A model generated the notes under the pieces. That model had not been told where the DNA came from. It did no database searches and worked only from the letters and a program-made list of their open reading frames with translations. This document shows positions 34,166-43,650 of a stretch of DNA of 64,000 bases, piece after piece. The position numbers and the translations under genes are program-made. The stretch is taken from positions 1 through 64,000 of the IMG/VR virus record IMGVR_UViG_3300042868_007959; one strand, 5' to 3'. Numbering within the stretch: the stretch's first letter is position 1; every line of letters begins with the position of its first letter.

Positions 34166-35101
34166 TTATGTTGGTAATTTTTTCCCTTTGTGATGAGTTT
34201 TCTCACTCTCTATTCTTATCTTTATTTTTGGTGAATAACCTTTAGGTAATTTATTATTGATACCCTCAAATTCCCCCATTTCATTATCCATTCTTATAAC
34301 AATTTGTTTTTCTTTTATGTTCATCATAATTTGTCCAACAGTATGCATATTATACATATTTTTAGTCCTATATGGATTTAAGAATGGATCGTCATCATAT
34401 TTTTGTTTTAATGTATTAATTACATCCATATCTGTTTTGGCATCTTTTAAATGTTTTTTCGCCAATTCCATTCTAGATACAGATGATTTTCTTTTTTCAC
34501 CTGTAGTGTAACCCGCATCTTTTTGGTATACACCATGATTTGATCTAACAACTATTTTAGAATCCTCTTTTAATTTTTTAATTATTGGTGCATGTTTAGA
34601 TGTCATTTCAATAACATAAATATCTTTACCATCTGATACAAATGTCTCACCTCTTAAACCCCATTTACTTTTTGTTCCAGTAAACTCAATTAATGACTTT
34701 ACTGCGGATCTCATATCTTTTTTTGTGAGAGCTTCTCTTATTTTTTGCCCATCTTTTGAGTATACCCTCTTTTCAGTTTTATCGTTTTTAGTTTTTCTTT
34801 GTTTGAGTACTTTTTCACCTTCTTTTTCATCGGAAGCAGTTGATAATGCAGAATTTACTATACTGATTCCATACTCATTCATTCCCTCACTCCAATCAGT
34901 ATCAACATCCCTCCAATAGGCAATTTCAACACCGTCAACTATTTCGTGAACCAATTCAATTTTCGCCTTATAACCTCTATCCCTATTTTTTGCTAAAACA
35001 ATGGTATCTTTTAATTTAACTCCTGCAATTACACATTCATTTAATACTCTTGGTTCCGTTTCTTCGAGTAATATTCTTCTTATATTGTTTTGTAAATTCA
35101 T
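34166..35101 (-). CDS. Leader + N-terminal-nucleophile (Ntn) hydrolase, Cys23 after VLNE
   Basis: CVIAG..VLAKNRD, SEGMNEYGISIVNSAL, VRSNH are typical of Cys-Ntn hydrolases. Confidence 0.8.
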   Translation of the reverse strand: MNLQNNIRRILLEETEPRVLNECVIAGVKLKDTIVLAKNRDRGYKAKIELVHEIVDGVEIAYWRDVDTDWSEGMNEYGISIVNSALSTASDEKEGEKVLKQRKTKNDKTEKRVYSKDGQKIREALTKKDMRSAVKSLIEFTGTKSKWGLRGETFVSDGKDIYVIEMTSKHAPIIKKLKEDSKIVVRSNHGVYQKDAGYTTGEKRKSSVSRMELAKKHLKDAKTDMDVINTLKQKYDDDPFLNPYRTKNMYNMHTVGQIMMNIKEKQIVIRMDNEMGEFEGINNKLPKGYSPKIKIRIESEKTHHKGKKLPT

Positions 35102-35175
35102 ACATATAAATATATTACAAAATAAAAAAACCCCTACATTTATTTAAAGGTTTATATTAAAGTAATAGTGATTAT

Positions 35176-35334
35176 TTATTCTCTTTCATATGTGGTAATA
35201 ATTTCTTCTCCCACTTGTAAGGTTACTATATGAGTTGGGGTAGTTTCTTTATAAACTTCTTCAGTAATATATAAATTTTCCCACTCCACATCGGTGTTTT
35301 TCATTACCCATTGGATTCTTTCTTCCCAAGTCAT
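35176..35334 (-). CDS. Small hypothetical protein (52 aa), similar to the C-terminus of 31838..32218
   Basis: Manual translation ...TPTHIVTLQVGEEIITTYE. Confidence 0.6.
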   Translation of the reverse strand: MTWEERIQWVMKNTDVEWENLYITEEVYKETTPTHIVTLQVGEEIITTYERE

Positions 35335-35366
35335 TTTTCGTTTTATACCCATATTATTTAGTTTAA

Positions 35367-35666
35367 TTAATCTACAACACCATTACCATAATATAAGTCA
35401 AAACTTTTTTTATTATGATCATCTGACTTTAACCATTCTTTATACTTTAATTCAAACCAATTATCTTGAAATGTGTAGTGACTACCATTACAGTATCTAA
35501 GTTTGTTATTTAGATTATAGAATTGTTCGAATAACCCAATCTCACTTTCATCAGATATTTCTTTATTATATTTAATAACTGAACTCATATCCCTATAACG
35601 AAAACCATTTTCAGTTACAACTGATTCGTCTCTAGGAGACCAGTAATCTAAAATTGTTTTAACCAT
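35367..35666 (-). CDS. Hypothetical protein
   Basis: ORF track. Confidence 0.7.
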   Translation of the reverse strand: MVKTILDYWSPRDESVVTENGFRYRDMSSVIKYNKEISDESEIGLFEQFYNLNNKLRYCNGSHYTFQDNWFELKYKEWLKSDDHNKKSFDLYYGNGVVD

Positions 35667-35667
35667 A

Positions 35668-35853
35668 TTATTTTATATTATTTTTTCCGTATTCTTTCCA
35701 TTCTTTTTTGGGGATGATCGTATCATTCATATCTAAACAACTCCATTCACATGTATTGTGATCATAAAAATGAACATGTATTCTATCTACGTGAACTTTT
35801 GGTGAACAAGATGATAGTAACAACAAAACTAATATTTTTTTTATATTACTCAT
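35668..35853 (-). CDS. Small putative lipoprotein
   Basis: ILVLLLLSSC lipobox. Confidence 0.65.
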   Translation of the reverse strand: MSNIKKILVLLLLSSCSPKVHVDRIHVHFYDHNTCEWSCLDMNDTIIPKKEWKEYGKNNIK

Positions 35854-36082
35854 CCTCTAACTCAACTATTGTGTTCTCAATATCACCTATTTTATCCTTT
35901 ACTAATTTTCGCATGTTTTCCATTTGAGATAACATTGACAATCTAAGGTTATGGAACTCTTCGTCCTTTATTTCACTAAAAGAACTATAATGTTTAAAAC
36001 AATATTCAAAACCCTCGTTGTCCATCCTATAATCAACATTTAACCAATGTTCCAATTGATCTTCTAATTCTTCTCTATTCAT
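35846..36082 (-). CDS. Hypothetical protein
   Basis: ORF track. Confidence 0.7.
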   Translation of the reverse strand: MNREELEDQLEHWLNVDYRMDNEGFEYCFKHYSSFSEIKDEEFHNLRLSMLSQMENMRKLVKDKIGDIENTIVELEDE

Positions 36083-36237
36083 CTTCTTTATTTAATTTTC
36101 CTAACATTTCTTCTATTTCGTATCCGTTTTCTTCCAGTTCCTTTTGAATCTTTTTATCATTTATGAATTTGGCATCTTCCCACGCTTCCTTAACACTACC
36201 CCATTTAAACAACAATCTAAAAAAATCATATATTAAC

Positions 36238-36450
36238 TTAAACATTGTTAATAGTTTCTAGAAAATCCCACACGTTATTTGTAAACTCCTCATAAAGATC
36301 ACCATCCTCATCATCAGATAAGTCAATGATATAATTATCAAGACAATCATCAACGACTACTTCCAATATCTCACCAAGAGTCTGATCATCATTTTTAAAT
36401 TCAATGTACTTATCTTTAATGTACTTTTTTTGATATTGTGTTAATTCCAT
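36238..36450 (-). CDS. Hypothetical acidic protein
   Basis: Start moved to MELTQ. Confidence 0.7.
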   Translation of the reverse strand: MELTQYQKKYIKDKYIEFKNDDQTLGEILEVVVDDCLDNYIIDLSDDEDGDLYEEFTNNVWDFLETINNV

Positions 36451-36467
36451 TCTATATAAGTTTAAAG

Positions 36468-36710
36468 TTATTTTATAATAACAGTGCCTTCCATAACACC
36501 CCAACTCGATTTTTCCCTAAAGTAAACCACATTCGTAGTAGTATCTTTGGTACATATCCACATTTGGTTTTCTTTCCATGTTACATTTAAGACAACTTCG
36601 TTTGTTTTAAGTTTTAACTCTTCAGTACCTCCCCATCTTCTCGCTCTAGCATTATCTGTACAAGAGGACAATCCAATTACCCCCATTAGTAAAATTATTA
36701 TTTTTTTCAT
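36468..36710 (-). CDS. Putative lipoprotein
   Basis: MKKIIILLMGVIGLSSC lipobox. Confidence 0.75.
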   Translation of the reverse strand: MKKIIILLMGVIGLSSCTDNARARRWGGTEELKLKTNEVVLNVTWKENQMWICTKDTTTNVVYFREKSSWGVMEGTVIIK

Positions 36711-36762
36711 ATATAATTTATTATTTAAACAAAATTAATGATAATATATTTAATTAACAAAT

Positions 36763-36798
36763 AAAAATCCCTCATTTAATTAAAAAAGAGGGATTTTT
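36763..36798. terminator. Intrinsic terminator
   Basis: AAAAATCCCTC...GAGGGATTTTT. Confidence 0.75.
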
Positions 36799-36827
36799 AA
36801 ATTGTCATAGTAAAATTATTTTATATA

Positions 36828-38261
36828 TTACTTTATCATTTTATTAAATTTTTTAATAGTATGTGCCAAATCTAAATCTTTCCCGTTAAATGGTTTCGTT
36901 GGGGATATCGTATTTTTTTCATTATTCATCGCAAAATTATCTAAATTCTCAAATAAAGTTTTCAAATCTGGTGTGAAATTATTTAAAACCCAACAAGCCA
37001 AAATTCTATATACAGGAAGTGTATCTATTTGTTGTTCCTTATTAACCCAACCTTCATTCCAATATGAAAAAAGAACACCAACCCAATCCATTTTTTCTCC
37101 AGGTTTAAGATTTAGTCTACTCCTAATTTCTGTAAGATTTGCAGTTTTTTCTGAATGTTCACAATTATACCCCAAATTCTTTGAGTTTAAAATCAAACTA
37201 TCTATCAAATTTTTTATCTTAGTTTTAGATCTTTTTTCACCTATTTTTCCGTATTTTGGGTGAGATATGGATGATAAATCTTTTATACCTTTTTCTAAAT
37301 CTAATTTCAATTCTTCTGGTGTATCAAAGTCAACGGGTTCACCATCAGATTCTCTATCGTCATAATTGTTTAAAACCTCAACAGATTTTTTTAAATCTTC
37401 CAAACCTATTTTATTATTTTCCTCTTTTTTAGGTGGGAATGATTTAGAAATCACTTCTGTAGATGTTAATAAACCAACCCTATCTTCTAATAAGTGTTGT
37501 ATTTCATGTGCAAAAGTTTGTTCATAATATGTCAACCCACCAATTAAAGGAGATGGTACAAAAACCCTACAATCATTTATATCGTTACCCCCTGAAACTG
37601 TTGACCCTAACGCACCTAACCACGCAGTTAATTCATTACTCCCATTTTGTATTAGTGCATCATATTCTTTGTCAAAAATATGTCCCAAACTGGAATTTTC
37701 TAAATTAGAATCGATATAGGCATCTGAAACAAATGCAAAATTATTTTCATTACTACCATATCTGTTAAGCATAACTAATTCAATATTATCAATAACCTTT
37801 AAATAATTTTTAAATTTAGTTTCCACTTCAGGCATACTTATACCAAACATTTCCATATGCTTTGATTTGGTTTTTGTATCATTTAACCAATTTCTCCACC
37901 AAGTTTTTGCCTTTTCTAATAATGGAGTAATTTTTGCCCTATCAGAATTTCTCGTATCATTGAGTTTTTGGTAAAATAATTTTTTTTGTTGTTCAAATGA
38001 ATCATCTATACCACTATATGTATCTTTATAATTTTTAGGTGTTTCGTCCTCACTAAATCCATAATTAACACATTTTTTCTTAACAATATCCCAGTATTGT
38101 CCTTCAGTACATTCAGGCCACTCTAATTTGTCACTACCTGTAGGTTTTAACATTTCGATTGCGTTAGATTCAGTAATTAAATTATTACGTGAGTTATTAT
38201 CTTCGTTGATAATACCCATCATCTTTTTAATTTTTTGTATCTCTTCTATTAAATTTTTCAT
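36828..38261 (-). CDS. Leader + putative zincin metallopeptidase (HExxH)
   Basis: TFAHEIQHLLE; leader MKNLIEEIQKIKKMMGIINE. Confidence 0.55.
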   Translation of the reverse strand: MKNLIEEIQKIKKMMGIINEDNNSRNNLITESNAIEMLKPTGSDKLEWPECTEGQYWDIVKKKCVNYGFSEDETPKNYKDTYSGIDDSFEQQKKLFYQKLNDTRNSDRAKITPLLEKAKTWWRNWLNDTKTKSKHMEMFGISMPEVETKFKNYLKVIDNIELVMLNRYGSNENNFAFVSDAYIDSNLENSSLGHIFDKEYDALIQNGSNELTAWLGALGSTVSGGNDINDCRVFVPSPLIGGLTYYEQTFAHEIQHLLEDRVGLLTSTEVISKSFPPKKEENNKIGLEDLKKSVEVLNNYDDRESDGEPVDFDTPEELKLDLEKGIKDLSSISHPKYGKIGEKRSKTKIKNLIDSLILNSKNLGYNCEHSEKTANLTEIRSRLNLKPGEKMDWVGVLFSYWNEGWVNKEQQIDTLPVYRILACWVLNNFTPDLKTLFENLDNFAMNNEKNTISPTKPFNGKDLDLAHTIKKFNKMIK

Positions 38262-38279
38262 ATGTTATTCACTTATATT

Positions 38280-38939
38280 TTATTTACATTGTCCCCACTC
38301 AAAACTTCTAACTCTACATCTTTTTACACTTTTAAGACTGATGTTGAATGAGCAAAGGATTGCGTTAGCTAACCATATAGCTATCAATGTAACTAATACA
38401 ACACTAGCAATAGTTAATATTAATGCTGGCATTGTAAAGGATCCAAAAATTGTGACTAATGCCATACTAGTACCAAAAAATTCACTTAATACTTCTTCAT
38501 TATCAGATACGCTTTTTTCTGCCTCAGATTTTTTAGATTTTATATTTTTAAATAATTTTTTTAAATCTTTTACTGTTAAAGTATGTAAAAAATCTATAAA
38601 TTTATCCATATATTCTTTTATTGTATCTAATATTTCTTCTGCCTTATCTTTAAATTTATCTTTAACTATTTGACCAAATTTCTTTTCTACATAACCATCC
38701 ATATCAGACATCTGACAAATTTCTGTATTGTCTAAAGAATTAATTACGTCTTCCTGACTAGTTAAAGAAATGCCGACCTCTTTCATTATCTCATCACCAC
38801 CCTCAGATGTCAATTCATCCATAAATGACATTTTATTATCATCATCTATATCATATTCTCTAAGTAATTTCTTATTATCACCTAATTGATATTCAAAAAG
38901 ATGTTTCATTTTTCTAAGTTCTAATTCAATGTTTTTCAT
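38280..38939 (-). CDS. Leader protein with hydrophobic C-terminal segment
   Basis: ..KKLLRE leader; hydrophobic stretch after VLSE. Confidence 0.75.
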   Translation of the reverse strand: MKNIELELRKMKHLFEYQLGDNKKLLREYDIDDDNKMSFMDELTSEGGDEIMKEVGISLTSQEDVINSLDNTEICQMSDMDGYVEKKFGQIVKDKFKDKAEEILDTIKEYMDKFIDFLHTLTVKDLKKLFKNIKSKKSEAEKSVSDNEEVLSEFFGTSMALVTIFGSFTMPALILTIASVVLVTLIAIWLANAILCSFNISLKSVKRCRVRSFEWGQCK

Positions 38940-38956
38940 AATATGTATGTTTTATT

Positions 38957-39250
38957 TTATTTACAAATCGTACTTTGTATTGCTGACCACCAAGTATCTG
39001 ACTCATCAACCTCTGAATCACCAGTCATTCCGTACTCATCTAATTCACTTCTAATTTCGATTGTAGCTTCTTTCCACATCCTCAAAGGCTTCTTTATTTC
39101 ATCCCACGATTCAGGATTTTCTTTTCTATTTCCTAAATGATTTTCTAATAATTTCATTCCCTCTTCATATGTGTCGACACTCATTATATTACAAATGTCT
39201 TTCTTTTTATTAGTTTCTTCCTTTAATATTTTTCTAATTATAGATTTCAT
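38957..39250 (-). CDS. Hypothetical protein with leader MKSIIRKILKE
   Basis: ORF track. Confidence 0.8.
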   Translation of the reverse strand: MKSIIRKILKEETNKKKDICNIMSVDTYEEGMKLLENHLGNRKENPESWDEIKKPLRMWKEATIEIRSELDEYGMTGDSEVDESDTWWSAIQSTICK

Positions 39251-39255
39251 ATTAC

Positions 39256-39786
39256 TTATCTTTTACTGATGATATCCTTAAGTTTTTCTAATGAAACTTT
39301 TAATATCTCACCTTGTTCTCTTGGTCTTAATTGACTCATTTGTTTTGCAGTTGATATCGAATACCTACTATCATTTTCGAACCACTGCCCATCTTTAAAA
39401 ACAAAAATAGGGTACCAATTATATGAATATACTACGTATGACCTATTTTCATATTGGGAATGGGTATTACTACCTTTAAATGGTACCTTAGCCATAACTA
39501 AATCTCTACCTGTTTTATTACTAGTAGCAACTCTTTTTTTAGTTATATCAGTTCTCACCAACTCATCGTACTCATCTTTGAAGTAATTGTCTTTAAATAA
39601 CTGATAAAGTTCAAATGCGTCTACACCTGAAAACCCGAAGTTTTTATTAATAAAAGCAATAACCTTACTGTATGGGGTATCTACTCCAAACCCCTCAGAT
39701 TTTAATGTCTTGATAATATATTTTTCTAATTTTTCTTTTCTATTATCAACCTCTTCTTTTAATATTTTTTTGATAGTATTTTTCAT
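39256..39786 (-). CDS. Hypothetical protein with leader MKNTIKKILKE
   Basis: ORF track; TATTTATA at 39790-39798. Confidence 0.8.
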   Translation of the reverse strand: MKNTIKKILKEEVDNRKEKLEKYIIKTLKSEGFGVDTPYSKVIAFINKNFGFSGVDAFELYQLFKDNYFKDEYDELVRTDITKKRVATSNKTGRDLVMAKVPFKGSNTHSQYENRSYVVYSYNWYPIFVFKDGQWFENDSRYSISTAKQMSQLRPREQGEILKVSLEKLKDIISKR

Positions 39787-39823
39787 ATATATAAATATAT
39801 TGTTTTCTTAAAAAAATGGACAT

Positions 39824-39848
39824 AAAAAAATCCATACAATGTATGGAT
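39824..39848 (-). terminator. Intrinsic terminator
   Basis: ATCCATAC-AAT-GTATGGAT plus U-tract. Confidence 0.75.
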
Positions 39849-39870
39849 CTTTATTTAATCTAATAAGATA

Positions 39871-40041
39871 TTAGGATTTTTTAACTTTATCAATGTATGA
39901 CCATATAAAACCTACTGCAGTCATTAATCCACCTGTAATTTCAGTTACTAAAGCTTCGTCAAAATAACCTAACATAACTACTGCACCACCAATTGCGGTT
40001 AGTGAATGTCTAATTAAACCTAAAATTTGTTCTTTACTCAT
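39871..40041 (-). CDS. Small two-TM protein, putative holin (56 aa)
   Basis: Manual translation MSKEQILGLIRHSLTAIGGAVVMLG...GFIWSYIDK; TATTTATA at 40072-40080 and a terminator after it. Confidence 0.65.
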   Translation of the reverse strand: MSKEQILGLIRHSLTAIGGAVVMLGYFDEALVTEITGGLMTAVGFIWSYIDKVKKS

Positions 40042-40125
40042 TTTTTTATTTTTAGTTCTTTATTATTATTATATAAATATAGTAGAATATGTAAAACTAT
40101 ATACCATTTAATAGTTACGTCTGTT

Positions 40126-40365
40126 CTAAAGATCATCAAGACACCATATAGGTGTTTTTTCTCCAACATAAGCATCCATAACATTAAAATGAAAATATTC
40201 TAATGCCTCTTCTTCTGTCATCTCAATGGATAGTATCTCAATACACTTACTAACAGAATAAATTAACCTCATAGAGTGTTGATCAATACCAATTATTGCA
40301 TCGTCAAAACCATCTGCTTTAAGTATCTCATCTTCAGGAAACCATTCTAAAATCTTATCTAACAT
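40126..40365 (-). CDS. Conserved phage hypothetical protein
   Basis: ADGFDDAIIG..AYVGEKTP. Confidence 0.75.
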   Translation of the reverse strand: MLDKILEWFPEDEILKADGFDDAIIGIDQHSMRLIYSVSKCIEILSIEMTEEEALEYFHFNVMDAYVGEKTPIWCLDDL

Positions 40366-40369
40366 AATT

Positions 40370-40504
40370 TTATTTTTTAGAAACTTTTTCTATTTTTTTA
40401 TAATGTGTTTTACCATAGGCATCACAATCAGCCTTTTTAGTAGTTTTACAACTAATTACAATCGTTAAAGTAACGATTAATAAGTAAACTATTTTACGAT
40501 TCAT
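40370..40504 (-). CDS. Small putative lipoprotein (44 aa)
   Basis: Manual translation MNRKIVYLLIVTLTIVISCKTTKKADCDAYG...; overlaps the sigma stop. Confidence 0.6.
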   Translation of the reverse strand: MNRKIVYLLIVTLTIVISCKTTKKADCDAYGKTHYKKIEKVSKK

Positions 40505-41021
40505 ATACTTTGTTTTTTAATTTTTTTATTATATTATTTTTAGCTCTATGGAGATTTGATTTAGATGTACCTTCATGTATATTTAATCTATCCGATATTT
40601 CTTTATGTGTTAAATCCTCATAGTAATACATAAGTATTGCAGTTTTATGTGATGCGGGTAATGTATCTAAAACTAAACTTATATCATTTAATTTTTCTTC
40701 ATTATTATTATCATCTTCTTCAACAGGTGAATCTACATTGTCACAATACTCGATAGGGTACTTTTTTTTCCTTAAAAAATCTATAGACATATTCTTAAAA
40801 ATTCTGTAGATCCAACCATCAAAACTACCTTTACCGTCATACTTATCAATACAACTATAAAGTTTTATGAAACCATTTTGTAGTATGTCTTCCGCATCCA
40901 TATCATTTTTTATATACCTCTTTACTGTAGTATACGCAATTTTCCTATAACATCGATACATTTCTGATTGTGAAATTTTATCACCCCTTAAACAACCTTC
41001 GATTACCTCATTTAAATCCAT
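40494..41021 (-). CDS. ECF RNA polymerase sigma factor, Bacteroidota type
   Basis: DAEDILQNGFIK, SFDGWIYRI..N..IDFLRK (region 2); LP..AILMYYYEDLTHKEIS..EGTSKSNLHRAK (region 4). Confidence 0.92.
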   Translation of the reverse strand: MDLNEVIEGCLRGDKISQSEMYRCYRKIAYTTVKRYIKNDMDAEDILQNGFIKLYSCIDKYDGKGSFDGWIYRIFKNMSIDFLRKKKYPIEYCDNVDSPVEEDDNNNEEKLNDISLVLDTLPASHKTAILMYYYEDLTHKEISDRLNIHEGTSKSNLHRAKNNIIKKLKNKVYES

Positions 41022-41077
41022 ATATAAATAATATTAGAAAACAAAGATAATATAAAATAATTAATAAATGAAAAATT

Positions 41078-43072
41078 TTAATTAATTATTTTTCTAATTG
41101 TCCCGTCATCGTAAATTTCTAACAATAAACCTTTAGTTTGTTGATCAACTTCCTGACCTAATAAATTTATATATTTAACAATTTTTTTATCTTTGATTTG
41201 TTTAGATACACTTATTGGTCCATATATTTTAAATTGCCCATCTATATCATATTGGTTTAATCTATAATAAGTTAACTCATTTAAGTTATAATCAATAAAA
41301 GAATATTTTATTTCTGTGTTACTATTATATGCTGCTTCTTTAATTGAGATGGTTTCCCAAAAAACCCCATCTAAACTCATTTCCAAATCAAAGTAACTAG
41401 AATTATGTTCAGATGCAGTTGCCCACTTTATCACATTATATTGTTGGTATGGGTACCCCTCAAATTCAATTAGTTCTACAGGTAATGATATAGGGTTAGA
41501 TATTCTTATAGTATACTCCTCAATTTCACCATATCCATACCCAGTTGAGTAGTAGGCATCCACGTTTGGAGTTGAATTCCAAACTGAAAGGACTCTCATA
41601 AGGACATCTCCTGTTGTCGCATCTAAGGGGATTGTTATTGATTGTGATGTTGAATTTGCAGTTGGTTTTAACAAAACATTCTCAGATGTCTGAAACGTAC
41701 CGTCACCATTCCAATCAATCCAAGCACCATAACCTTGACCTGGTGGTACTGTATTTGACGCAGTAACAGATAAATTATAAGGTTCACCTTTTGTGACATT
41801 CCCAATAATTGAGGTGAAATCAGAATAAGCATCACCATCATTAGTAGTTGTGTTATTAATGTCACTAATAGTCACATTAGTAATATGATCACCATCAGCA
41901 ATTCCTGATGAATATGGAGGTGCACTTTTTAATGTTATATTTACAATATTTGACACACCAGAAGGGCAAGTACCGTCTTTAGATGTTGTTCTAACATAAA
42001 CGTTTGGTTGTTGTATATTTAATTGGATGTTAAAGGGGTTAGTTGGGGTAACGAATGTATTACTAACCGTACCAAAATTATTGTAAGAGAATTCAATTTT
42101 TGTAATTGTTCCACCATTACCTGTAGTAGTTAAAGAAACGGCATCATTCACTGTTGTTAAAATTTTATCTGAACTTAATGTTCCTCCATTTGTCGGAGTC
42201 GTACAAACTGTTACTGATGTTACTGTTGCCTGAAACCCAGACCTAATACCTAAACCATCTGAAGTAAATCTTAAAGTTAGTTGACCTAAAGAGTTTTCCG
42301 CAGTAATGCTTGTCGGTAATGATGTACCATTTAATGTGGTCAATAAAGTAGAACTTGTATTTGGTCCGTCATAGACATACAGATAATCCCAACCTGACTC
42401 TAGATTAAATGATGAAAAATTTAATTGTAATTTTTTTGTATTATCTGATGGTGTTAAAGTTACTGTTTGGTCTAAACTATTGGCGTAATTATCTGTTGTC
42501 CCACCCCTATCTGTTATGGTATATGTTAATGTGGATGTTAGAGTTTGACTACAATTTGACTCAAAAGGGATAATAGTATTAGAATTACTATTCGAAGACG
42601 TAACACCAAAATCATCTAAATACCATACATTCATTCCTGACGCTCTCGTATCCCTTATTCGAATATAGACATTTACTAAATTTAAAATAGTTAAATCAAT
42701 TGTCCTTTTATTATATGTTGCGGTAGGATTGGCGGAATATGTATTACGAGTTGTCCAGTTTGTATTATCAGTAGATGTTTCCACTACAAAATTGTGTGTC
42801 GCGGAAGTACCACTTCTTCTTATCCAAAAAGTCACTACTGACGGATTTGATATTATGGGTGTCCTTATGAAATCTCCTTGACCATTAAATGATAAATTAT
42901 TATTACCAGTTCTTACTGATGCCGTACTATATCCTATTGATGATTGATCCCAAGTTCCTCCCTGAGTTGGTAATGATCCATTAAAACTTTCATAAATTAA
43001 ATATTGACTACATTGTGTGATACCCAAAAAAGAAATTAGGGTAAATAGTGAGATTAATATTATTCTTTTCAT
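41078..43072 (-). CDS. Secreted surface protein: signal peptide + CUB + GEVED + LPVEL Ig-like + T9SS-CTD-like tail
   Basis: LESGWDYLYVYDGP (CUB); AWIDWNGDGTF..GEIEEY (GEVED); LPVELIEF..YYRLNQYDIDG; NLLGQEV..IYDDGTIRKII. Confidence 0.8.
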   Translation of the reverse strand: MKRIILISLFTLISFLGITQCSQYLIYESFNGSLPTQGGTWDQSSIGYSTASVRTGNNNLSFNGQGDFIRTPIISNPSVVTFWIRRSGTSATHNFVVETSTDNTNWTTRNTYSANPTATYNKRTIDLTILNLVNVYIRIRDTRASGMNVWYLDDFGVTSSNSNSNTIIPFESNCSQTLTSTLTYTITDRGGTTDNYANSLDQTVTLTPSDNTKKLQLNFSSFNLESGWDYLYVYDGPNTSSTLLTTLNGTSLPTSITAENSLGQLTLRFTSDGLGIRSGFQATVTSVTVCTTPTNGGTLSSDKILTTVNDAVSLTTTGNGGTITKIEFSYNNFGTVSNTFVTPTNPFNIQLNIQQPNVYVRTTSKDGTCPSGVSNIVNITLKSAPPYSSGIADGDHITNVTISDINNTTTNDGDAYSDFTSIIGNVTKGEPYNLSVTASNTVPPGQGYGAWIDWNGDGTFQTSENVLLKPTANSTSQSITIPLDATTGDVLMRVLSVWNSTPNVDAYYSTGYGYGEIEEYTIRISNPISLPVELIEFEGYPYQQYNVIKWATASEHNSSYFDLEMSLDGVFWETISIKEAAYNSNTEIKYSFIDYNLNELTYYRLNQYDIDGQFKIYGPISVSKQIKDKKIVKYINLLGQEVDQQTKGLLLEIYDDGTIRKIIN

Positions 43073-43254
43073 AGTATTGTGTATAAAATATCGTTATATA
43101 TTATAAATATAAGGATATGACACTATATCTCAATTGATTCTAAGAAAAAAACTATGTTATTTATCATAGATACACTTTACATGAATATTTTCACATATAT
43201 TATAATTTTTATTTAATAAACTAACTATAATGGGTATTAAGTTATAAATATAAT

Positions 43255-43650
43255 TTAAAAAGTATATTTAGATTTAACTTTTTCTGAAATAGGTATTGGA
43301 TCACCGTTCTCATCAATCCTAACGAATTTTATGTTTGTACTTAAAACCACATTTTGTGTACCAGAATAAACATTGTGGGATCTAGCCTCTAAATGTAAAG
43401 TTAGGGATGTATTACCAACACCTAAAACTTTACCATATATTTTTATTAATTGTCCTTCTTTGGCAGGTTTCTTAAATAAACATTCATCTATTTTAACTGT
43501 AACCATTCTGGGTGTATCAGATACCTCCATCGCATATGCAGCACCCGCAGCGTCTAACCACGCCAATAATTTTCCACCAAATAAATTCCCATGAAACCCT
43601 AAGTCAGACTTCTTTATTGGGTGAGTGGAAATTAAATTAAAATCATTCAT
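43255..43650 (-). CDS. Acyl-CoA thioesterase (HotDog fold)
   Basis: DLGFHGNLFGGKLLAWLD, MVTVKID..FKKP, VGNTSL. Confidence 0.88.
   Translation of the reverse strand: MNDFNLISTHPIKKSDLGFHGNLFGGKLLAWLDAAGAAYAMEVSDTPRMVTVKIDECLFKKPAKEGQLIKIYGKVLGVGNTSLTLHLEARSHNVYSGTQNVVLSTNIKFVRIDENGDPIPISEKVKSKYTF

Noticed and set aside
38128-38673. 181-aa plus-strand ORF, and other shadow ORFs such as 190, 679, 7440, 13504, 16031, 18359, 19361, 30145, 34257, 36973, 57173
   Set aside because: Antisense to well-supported genes, with the Leu/Ser/Ile/Phe-rich composition typical of reverse frames in AT-rich DNA
40494-41021. Assigning this ECF sigma as the factor reading TATTTAT
   Set aside because: It keeps a full region 4 and looks host-derived, the motif has no evident -35 partner, and the gene is itself behind the motif; left unassigned
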